Positions 56,643 through 64,000 of a DNA stretch of 64,000 nucleotides are shown in pieces (within the stretch, counting starts at the first letter, position 1; each line of letters opens with the position of its first letter). The stretch lies in the IMG/VR virus record IMGVR_UViG_3300035228_001078, one strand, 5' to 3'. This DNA is from a virus. The notes beneath the pieces are model-generated. The model did no database searches. It saw only the letters and a program-made list of their open reading frames with translations, and was not told where the DNA came from. The position numbers were made by a program, and so were the translations under genes.

Positions 56643-58210
56643 TATCCAATAAGATCAAAAGGTGGGACTTCGTATGTGGAAAGCATCTTATCTTCGATGC
56701 GTTGTAGTTCCATTACAGCATCCTCATAAATTTGTCTACCGTTTAATTCGACGCCTCCAGGAAGTTTTACTCCTTGGAATTTGATGAGGTTTTGACCCCA
56801 CTGTTTCTTAACAAGAGATGTAAAATATTTTTTGAGGAAAGAATCGTTATAAACACCTGCATAATTTGCAGGATCCATAATTCTTTGGCAATCAATGATT
56901 ATGTAGGTTCCCGCAGAGATTGCACCCCAATCAACATCTAAGTAAAGACGATTATTTCTTTTGTTATATCTGATCTGTTTATTTGTAGATAGTAAGAAAT
57001 CAATATCTTCAATATAAGTCTTTGTCATTGCATAGCTAAGAAGACCGCTATACCCAAGATTAAATGCAACATCATTTAAGAACAACTGATATTTGAAACT
57101 GAACATGTTGTTGGCAATGAAACTAGAATCAAAAAGATAAAGTTTCTCAACACCAATGACTGCATCAGGTAAGTTTAAGTAGTTTGAATTTTCCTCAAAA
57201 TTAGAAACCTCTCCACCAGCTGATGATGTAACAGTCCCATCTATGGGGAACGCAGAAGTTGGTGCAGTGAAATCGCTAGTGTATCTTTCTTTTAAGGTAA
57301 TTCTTACATCATCATAAAGTGCATCACATCCTCTGGTTCCTTGACTAAATGATGACCAGGCATTTAAATGTAGTGGATATGTTACATCATAGTGTACAAT
57401 ATTATTATCAATAATTTGATTGGATGATGTCTCGGCAGACTCCGTTCCGTTCAAGAAGAAGTGAATACTGCCGTCAGATGCTTTTCTAGTTACTGCAACA
57501 TGAACCCAGTTCTGAATGATATCTGTAGAAGTATAAGATCCTAAAGTAGTTCCATAGGTACTATTATGATTTGAATTATCCGTATTCTTCCATCTAAAAT
57601 TAATTTGGCTGCCTTGGTTATCTACCATAAGTCCATAGTTTCCACCTGCATATGATATATGACTTCTTGAAAATAGAGCACCTTGGGATGGACTACTATC
57701 AAGATAGATCCAGGTCTCAAAAGTCCACGGACCAGTAAAATTATATTCGTCATAAATTCCATAATCAAGATATTGCCCACTACCTGTAAATCTAATAGCT
57801 TTGTTTCCAAACTTTACAGGAGATCCTACAAGAGTAGGAGACCCAAAAGAAGTTGGCGTATTTCCAGCATAGTTTGTCAGATCAGAATCAAAAGTTTGTC
57901 TGACAATTACATCGTCCCAGAGTGTATCCCCACTAAGGGTGACAGATCCTGAAGAACCTGTACTAGAAGTAGTGATACCAAGAGTATTGCCACCGCCTCG
58001 TGCTCTGCCTCGTTTGATGTCATTTTCTGTAATCTTGTACTTTAGAAGAGCTCTTTCTACACCATCAAAGTGACGCTCTTGGAATAATTGAAGAGCGTCA
58101 TCTAAATTGTCATCTACCTGCTCATCAGCTACATTTATTTCTAAAACTGGTGCTCCAAGTTGCCTAAGAGCATAATCCTTGAGTTCATCTCTAGTAGTTG
58201 GTTTTGCCAT
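56642..58210 (-). CDS. gp13: Neck protein gp13 with an inserted LamG/concanavalin-like domain
   Basis: YALRQLGAPVLEINV, HFDG, QWGQNLIKF...LPGGVELNG. Insert FTFETW...WVHVAVTR...YDDVRIT...YTSDFTAPT. Confidence 0.92.
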   Translation of the reverse strand: MAKPTTRDELKDYALRQLGAPVLEINVADEQVDDNLDDALQLFQERHFDGVERALLKYKITENDIKRGRARGGGNTLGITTSSTGSSGSVTLSGDTLWDDVIVRQTFDSDLTNYAGNTPTSFGSPTLVGSPVKFGNKAIRFTGSGQYLDYGIYDEYNFTGPWTFETWIYLDSSPSQGALFSRSHISYAGGNYGLMVDNQGSQINFRWKNTDNSNHNSTYGTTLGSYTSTDIIQNWVHVAVTRKASDGSIHFFLNGTESAETSSNQIIDNNIVHYDVTYPLHLNAWSSFSQGTRGCDALYDDVRITLKERYTSDFTAPTSAFPIDGTVTSSAGGEVSNFEENSNYLNLPDAVIGVEKLYLFDSSFIANNMFSFKYQLFLNDVAFNLGYSGLLSYAMTKTYIEDIDFLLSTNKQIRYNKRNNRLYLDVDWGAISAGTYIIIDCQRIMDPANYAGVYNDSFLKKYFTSLVKKQWGQNLIKFQGVKLPGGVELNGRQIYEDAVMELQRIEDKMLSTYEVPPFDLIG

Positions 58211-61200
58211 CAGAATGTGCCTCCGTCAATGCTATTAGACCAAATTGGGATGTTGTTTTCATCTGTGGTTAGCATGTAATTAGAGGTTGTTAAGAACCCT
58301 ACTGTGCTAAGACCACTAACCAGTCTTCCATCTGCTTCAAAGAATGCAACACCGTTAGGTCCGCTATATCCAATACCAGTTAATCCACCTTGATCTGATC
58401 TGTAATATAGACCGTCACGGAATGTACCGTAACCGATTACGCTCAGATTGTCTTGGACAGTTACCTGACCAGCAGCAGAATCAAGAACAAGTTCTCCAGT
58501 ATTTGTATTTATTTTGGTTGAGGAAGAACCAGCACCAATCGTAATATCAGCAACTGTAGAGACACCAGTTACTCTGAAGTTGTTAGTTGTAAGAATGCCA
58601 GAGACATTAACATTGATCGCTCTGATACCAGCGGAACTGGTAACAATTCCAGTAAGAACTGTTCCGTGATCAACAATCAGAGATGCATGAATTTCAGCAT
58701 CCGTTCCAATGTCTAATGTACCAGCTTGCAGTTGACCAGTGATGCTAACACCAGTACCAATGGTTTCAAGTCTCTTATCGTCGTCAAAGTTCAGCTGAAC
58801 TATACCATCGGCATAGAAGTTAGCTAGAGTCTCACCAGTATACTTCTGGAAGTCAATCGTGTTGGAACGAATAATCAGGTTACCCTGACCAGCATCATCG
58901 ATGTAAGAGTTGGTGCCGTTGTGATAGATACGAAGATCGTCATTATCACCGAAGTTCAGGACAGCATCGTCCTTGAAGGTTGTAATCCCAGTGAATACTG
59001 CGTTGGTTACCGCAACACCAGTAATCTTGGCATCAAAGGCATCGAGTGCCTCTGCATCAATCGTTATGATAGTGGCAGCAGTACCAACGATATCCGTTAC
59101 TGCCAGACCAGTGATATTAACATCTTTGGCATCCAGGGTCTCAATATCAACCGTGGTGATAGTTGAATATGTACCAACCAGAGATGTTACAACACCAGTT
59201 ACTGCCTTGAGATCTTCTATCGCAAGATTAGCTTCAAACTCAGAATCACCAGTTACGGTTAGACCTGCGCCAACGATGAGATTAGATGTAAATGTACCAA
59301 CACCAGTGATCTTGAGATCTTCTAGTAAGGTAGAACCAAGAACATCAACTCTTGCTCTAGGAGCTGCGGTTGCAATACCCAGCAACTGACCGTTGGTGAG
59401 GCGCATACCCTCAACAGAGTCAGTGTTGAAACGGATGGTGCCGTCAGAACCAGAGTCATCGAGAGCAATGGATGTATCGCCCTTCTGGAAGGCATCCAAT
59501 TGGATGACCGTAGCAGTCAGGATACCCAGGACATTGACATTGCCAGTGATGTTGATATCACCTGCACCAGCTGGATCAATGTTGATATCTCCAGAGGTTG
59601 ATTCGATATTATTTCCAGCAATCTGGATGTTACCGAATGTACCACTTGTGGGAGTAACAGTACTGCTGTTAGTTCCGTCAGTAATCTGAAGAGATGAAAG
59701 TGCTTGGAGGCTGGTTACTTGTTGTGAGAACGATACCGTACCGTTTTCTTGATCAACGAAGAATGCATCTCCAACTCTGAAGTCTCCTCTTTGGTCAATG
59801 CTAACGAATGATACATCACCGTTATTAATTTCGGTAACTTCATTAGCTTGAATTGCTAGGTTAGGATCGTTAGAGAAGTCACCTCCCGCACCAACATGGT
59901 TGAAGTTGAGAGCGAACAGTCTCAGAGATACGCCATCACCATCAGCAATGACACCCTTCTGACCATACTCAACAGCACAACCAACGGAGCGCATGTCGGC
60001 ACCGAACTCGCTGTAATCAGCAAGGATAACCTTGGTTGCAGTTCCAATACCGCCACCCGCTTGGGTAATGCGAATATCTTGATTGCGAATTACATTATCA
60101 GTAGTTGTGGTTACTCCACTAGAACCGTCAAAGTCGAGTAAGAGAACTGTGTCCTTATCGCCAGTATGTGCGACAGTAGGAGCAGTAAAGTTGGCGGTGT
60201 ATTTGGCGACTCCTCTTTCAATTCGGAAGTCGTCAACCCAACCAGTAACATTTTGACTTGCTCCGTCAAAGTCAGCACCAATTATGATACCTTTAGATGC
60301 ACCGTAGTTAGTTGTATCAGAGGTCTTAATGCCTCTCTGAGTGCCGTCTACGAATAATCTGGTGTCTGTGCCGTCTCTAGCAAGTGCATAGTGCTTCCAG
60401 ACGCCTGTAGCGATGCCTGCGCCAGATCCAGTAATAGCGGTGGTAGTACCAACCCGCATATCAACTTCACCAGCTGCCCGATATGCAACACTAATACCTT
60501 CAGCATCTGTACCGTTATCTCTTAAATCGAAGAGAGTTGCGCTAGTCAGACCAGTTGTATTTGCATATGCCCAGAATTCAATCGTGAAATCTGTATTGGT
60601 TCCGAAACCAAGGTCGCCGCTAGAAGGAGCACTGATAGAATCATTTGTTCCGTCAAGTGCTAATGATGCAGTGCCAAATTTCTTAACTGTAGTGTCTAGT
60701 TGAGCACCGTCATTAAAGGTAATAGCTTTAGCAGTTCTGGCATTGAGAAGTTCAAAACCGGTTTGCTTACCAGTTACACCAAGATATGTTCCGTCGTAAG
60801 ATGCAACAATAGCAGTTGCAACTCCAGTTGTTCCGTCAGTATCAAAGACAGTAATTGTATTACCGACACCAACGGTTGTAATACCAGTCAATCTCAGTCT
60901 GGTTTCACCAGCAGAGCTGATACCAAGAGAACCAGATGTACCCTTGATCGCTTCAGCAGCGAAGTAGGTGAAGCAGTTCAGGTACTCAGAACGAGCACCG
61001 TTGGTCATGATCAGACCTTTACTGTTCGGTACAATGAAAGTAACTTCATTGAACAGGAAACCTGCCTCAAGGGATCCTGCTGCTACCTCAGAACCATCGA
61101 TGTATGCACCACCACCAGCAATATAGGAAGAAGGTGCAGAGTCTGCTGAACTAAAACCATAAGGATCAGCAGCAGAAGTATTGCTGCCTTTGTTGAATAC

Positions 61201-64000
61201 GGTTACACGCTGGACATAAGGAGATCTGCTTGTGATCGCAATACCAGGAGCAAACTTGAATGCATAACCCTGGTTGCCAGCAGTGTCAAAGAACATGTCA
61301 GCAATCGTGACATCCTCAACGACAGATCTGTCGTTCATTAAGAAGCAATCCTTCTGCTTAGTAGCAGTCGTAGGAATGATCTTGGTTGCACGGAGACCAG
61401 CACCCTTAACTGTTAGACCAGCTGGAATAGTCAGTGGGAATGTTTCTTGGTATACACCAGCAGAAATCTGAAGGATGTCATTGACACCAATATTAGAGAT
61501 CTGTGCCAGAGCATATCTAATCGTTCTGTAAGGTCTCTCTGGTGTTCTACCGCGAGATGCATCACCATCATCAACACCATTGGTAGAAACATACCATGTG
61601 TCGAGTTTGGCATTAACGGTAGCAATACCAATCTGAGCGGGTTCACGCCAGGTGATTGTGCCATTAGGATTGGTACTCAGCATGTGCTGAGTATTAACAC
61701 CAACTATACCAGTGGAGTCATACAGGGAGGTAATGAAACCAGATTGTATGAATGCAGAAGTTGCAATACCAACCGAGATAGTTGCATTTAGAATGTCTGC
61801 AACTTCAAAGTCAACCGTAGTGATAGTTGCTGCAGTACCAACGATATCGGTAATAATACCAGAGGTAATCTTGACATCCCTGAGATCAGCAATCTCGGTG
61901 TCAAATGTAGTGATTGTAGCGTAAGTGCCAACCAGTGAGGTTACAACACCAGCGGTGATCTTAGCGTTGACGATATCACCTTCTGTGACATCAATCGTCG
62001 TAATAGTAGCAGCAGTACCGACAGTATCGGTGACTGCTAATCCAGTAATATTTACCTGTCTTGCATCGAGTACATCGATATCAGCAGTTGTAATTGTCGC
62101 ATATGTACCGACTGTTGAGTCAACAATCAGGTCATCGACGCGAGCAACGCCATCGATGTAGATATCGCGCCACTCCTTAGTGGCACTACCCAGATCGTAG
62201 GTATCGTCATCATCAGGGGTGATGTTAGAGTCAACATCACCTGCAAATACGATGTTATCAGTATTGGAATTACCAAGACCAATTGTGCCACCTTCAAAGG
62301 TTACATTACCAACGAATGTGGAAGCTCCACCGACTCTGAAGTCGCCTTGTACATCTAAACCATCGTTAAGATCTACAAACTGAGTTACGGTAAGTCCACC
62401 ACCAATAGTTACATTGGAGGATGCATCCAGAGTTGTGACAATACCAGCGCCAATTGTGGCAGTTAAAATATCAGCTGTTTGAAAATCAACAGTGACGATA
62501 GTTGCTGCAGTACCGACAATATCGGTTACAGCAAGACCAGTGATGTTTACATCCTTGGCATCGAGAGTCTCAATATCAACCGTTGTGATGGTTGCATAAG
62601 TACCAACCTGACTAGTAATAATACCAGCAGTAATCTTGGCATCGAGGATATCAGCAGCATCAAGGTGTGCTGTACCATCAATGTAAATATCTTTCCACTC
62701 ACGATCGGTAGTACCGATATCAAGAGTTCCATCTGCATTGGGAATAAACTTAAGGTTAGATTCCCATGCCTCTCTAGATGTGTCGTATAAGAATTCTTTA
62801 TCTGTTGTTCCCTTAAGAATGATACCGCCGTTATCGGCTGTAGCATCAGCATGTCCACCAGTAGAACTGAATCCAAGTTCAATGTTCTTATCGGTTATTT
62901 GTACAACCGAACTCTGAACGAAACTTGTAGTTCCATTAACCGTCAGATCACCAACAACAGTAAGAGCTCCACCAACTCTGACATCTTTCTGGAAGTCAGC
63001 ATCTTGGAAGGTTACATATGTACCAACCAAAGATGTAATAACTCCAACAGTGATATTGCCTCTAAGGGCATCCACCTTAACAAAGTCTGCTTGGTTGAAA
63101 GTAACAGCATAACCAACCAATGATGTTACAACACCAGCAACTGTCTTCAGGGTATTGATATCACCTTCGTTAGAATCGAAGGTTGTGATCGTGGCATAGG
63201 TGCCAACCAATGATGTTACAACACCTACATCAATATAAGCGTTAGTTGCAATCGCAACCTGAGATCTCAGATTAGTTACTGCAAAGTCAGTAGCAAGACC
63301 AACAGTGATCTTGACATCTTCAATATCAGCATCAACAAAATCAACTCTAGTAATTGTTGCTGCAGTACCAACAGTGTCGGTAATAATACCTGACTGAATC
63401 TTAGCGTTGGTAATTGCAAAGTCAGTTGCTAAACCAGCAGTGACCTTGATATCTTCAACACCAATATCGTTGATATCGATCTGAGGAATTGTAGCAACAC
63501 CAGAGATACTTACATCGCCATTTACCGTAAGTAATGCGTCTGGTGTAGTGGTTCCGATTCCAACCCAACCATCACTATTACCACTAATCCACTTGACACC
63601 TTCTGTGCCAATAATTAACTGATTGTTACCGTCAACAACAGCAGGATCTTGGTTATACCCAATAACGACATTTCCGTCGCCAAGAGTATTAGCACCAGCA
63701 GAATAACCAATAGCAATGTTCTTGCTACCGTCTACACTGAATAATGTATATGGACCAATCGCAATATTTTGTTTCTGCTGTCTAGTTCCTGTACCACCAC
63801 CCAGGAAGCGACCATTCTTGCTGGTTACGCTACCTGTGAGAGTCGTGAAACCAAACGGCATGGTGAATGTATCACCAACCTCGTAACCATCGCCAGGAGC
63901 CATGATTTCGATGTTAGTAATCAGACCAGTAGAACCAGTCTGCAATCTAACTAAAAGTCCAACACCAGATCCACTGGTCTCGGTTACATCTTCTGTCTGA
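58210..64000 (-). CDS. Very long tail-fibre/adhesin-like structural protein (start lies beyond the window)
   Basis: Frame stays open to 64000. GxxT / VGT(A/Y)ATIT repeats, a DUF1565/pectin-lyase-like domain (WYVSTNG...PYRTI), a LamG domain, C-terminal IDGGTF. Confidence 0.85.
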   Translation of the reverse strand, partial: QTEDVTETSGSGVGLLVRLQTGSTGLITNIEIMAPGDGYEVGDTFTMPFGFTTLTGSVTSKNGRFLGGGTGTRQQKQNIAIGPYTLFSVDGSKNIAIGYSAGANTLGDGNVVIGYNQDPAVVDGNNQLIIGTEGVKWISGNSDGWVGIGTTTPDALLTVNGDVSISGVATIPQIDINDIGVEDIKVTAGLATDFAITNAKIQSGIITDTVGTAATITRVDFVDADIEDVKITVGLATDFAVTNLRSQVAIATNAYIDVGVVTSLVGTYATITTFDSNEGDINTLKTVAGVVTSLVGYAVTFNQADFVKVDALRGNITVGVITSLVGTYVTFQDADFQKDVRVGGALTVVGDLTVNGTTSFVQSSVVQITDKNIELGFSSTGGHADATADNGGIILKGTTDKEFLYDTSREAWESNLKFIPNADGTLDIGTTDREWKDIYIDGTAHLDAADILDAKITAGIITSQVGTYATITTVDIETLDAKDVNITGLAVTDIVGTAATIVTVDFQTADILTATIGAGIVTTLDASSNVTIGGGLTVTQFVDLNDGLDVQGDFRVGGASTFVGNVTFEGGTIGLGNSNTDNIVFAGDVDSNITPDDDDTYDLGSATKEWRDIYIDGVARVDDLIVDSTVGTYATITTADIDVLDARQVNITGLAVTDTVGTAATITTIDVTEGDIVNAKITAGVVTSLVGTYATITTFDTEIADLRDVKITSGIITDIVGTAATITTVDFEVADILNATISVGIATSAFIQSGFITSLYDSTGIVGVNTQHMLSTNPNGTITWREPAQIGIATVNAKLDTWYVSTNGVDDGDASRGRTPERPYRTIRYALAQISNIGVNDILQISAGVYQETFPLTIPAGLTVKGAGLRATKIIPTTATKQKDCFLMNDRSVVEDVTIADMFFDTAGNQGYAFKFAPGIAITSRSPYVQRVTVFNKGSNTSAADPYGFSSADSAPSSYIAGGGAYIDGSEVAAGSLEAGFLFNEVTFIVPNSKGLIMTNGARSEYLNCFTYFAAEAIKGTSGSLGISSAGETRLRLTGITTVGVGNTITVFDTDGTTGVATAIVASYDGTYLGVTGKQTGFELLNARTAKAITFNDGAQLDTTVKKFGTASLALDGTNDSISAPSSGDLGFGTNTDFTIEFWAYANTTGLTSATLFDLRDNGTDAEGISVAYRAAGEVDMRVGTTTAITGSGAGIATGVWKHYALARDGTDTRLFVDGTQRGIKTSDTTNYGASKGIIIGADFDGASQNVTGWVDDFRIERGVAKYTANFTAPTVAHTGDKDTVLLLDFDGSSGVTTTTDNVIRNQDIRITQAGGGIGTATKVILADYSEFGADMRSVGCAVEYGQKGVIADGDGVSLRLFALNFNHVGAGGDFSNDPNLAIQANEVTEINNGDVSFVSIDQRGDFRVGDAFFVDQENGTVSFSQQVTSLQALSSLQITDGTNSSTVTPTSGTFGNIQIAGNNIESTSGDINIDPAGAGDINITGNVNVLGILTATVIQLDAFQKGDTSIALDDSGSDGTIRFNTDSVEGMRLTNGQLLGIATAAPRARVDVLGSTLLEDLKITGVGTFTSNLIVGAGLTVTGDSEFEANLAIEDLKAVTGVVTSLVGTYSTITTVDIETLDAKDVNITGLAVTDIVGTAATIITIDAEALDAFDAKITGVAVTNAVFTGITTFKDDAVLNFGDNDDLRIYHNGTNSYIDDAGQGNLIIRSNTIDFQKYTGETLANFYADGIVQLNFDDDKRLETIGTGVSITGQLQAGTLDIGTDAEIHASLIVDHGTVLTGIVTSSAGIRAINVNVSGILTTNNFRVTGVSTVADITIGAGSSSTKINTNTGELVLDSAAGQVTVQDNLSVIGYGTFRDGLYYRSDQGGLTGIGYSGPNGVAFFEADGRLVSGLSTVGFLTTSNYMLTTDENNIPIWSNSIDGGTF

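Noticed and set aside
138-63954. Numerous plus-strand ORFs of 60-220 aa in the ORF track (e.g. 38705-39289, 40619-41227, 45648-46301, 52317-52913)
   Set aside because: All lie antisense to well-supported minus-strand genes, lack recognisable motifs, and are typical codon-bias shadows
1-64000. tRNA genes, CRISPR arrays, reverse transcriptase/DGR, integrase
   Set aside because: Intergenic gaps are short and explained by promoters, terminators or small ORFs. No cloverleaf, repeat-spacer array or RT motif was recognised by eye; tRNAscan would be the definitive test.

Overview
This window is about 64 kb of the core genome of a T4-like marine cyanomyovirus (Synechococcus/Prochlorococcus phage type). 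Every credible gene is on the minus strand. In transcription order (right to left) it encodes: a very long tail-fibre-like protein truncated by the window edge; enlarged neck proteins gp13 and gp14; gp15 and gp16; a small accessory island (petE, petF, a gnd-derived fragment, small ORFs); gp17-gp23; gp3, uvsY, uvsW, gp55, gp47 and gp46; a vWA-metallopeptidase plus CobS/MoxR ATPase pair; gp45, a DenV-family glycosylase, gp44, dam, gp62, regA, hsp20, gp43, uvsX, gp41 and mazG; 2OG-Fe(II) oxygenases; a nucleotidyltransferase; lysine-rich modular proteins; gp61, nrdA, nrdB and a GIY-YIG nuclease. I recognised no tRNA, CRISPR array, intein or intron. Best leads: (1) late-expressed proteins carrying T4 capsid-targeting-like leaders, and lysine-rich 'polyproteins' punctuated by gp21-type (hydrophobic-X-E) cleavage sites, which suggest a modular peptide cargo packaged in the head and released by the prohead protease; (2) a ROSE-type RNA thermometer on the phage hsp20; (3) a candidate sRNA after regA; (4) a near-consensus antisense sigma70 promoter overlapping the gp55 promoter; (5) a catalytically incomplete gnd derivative; (6) adhesin-type domains inserted into the neck proteins. 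All assignments come from motif and synteny recognition by eye; no database searches were run.
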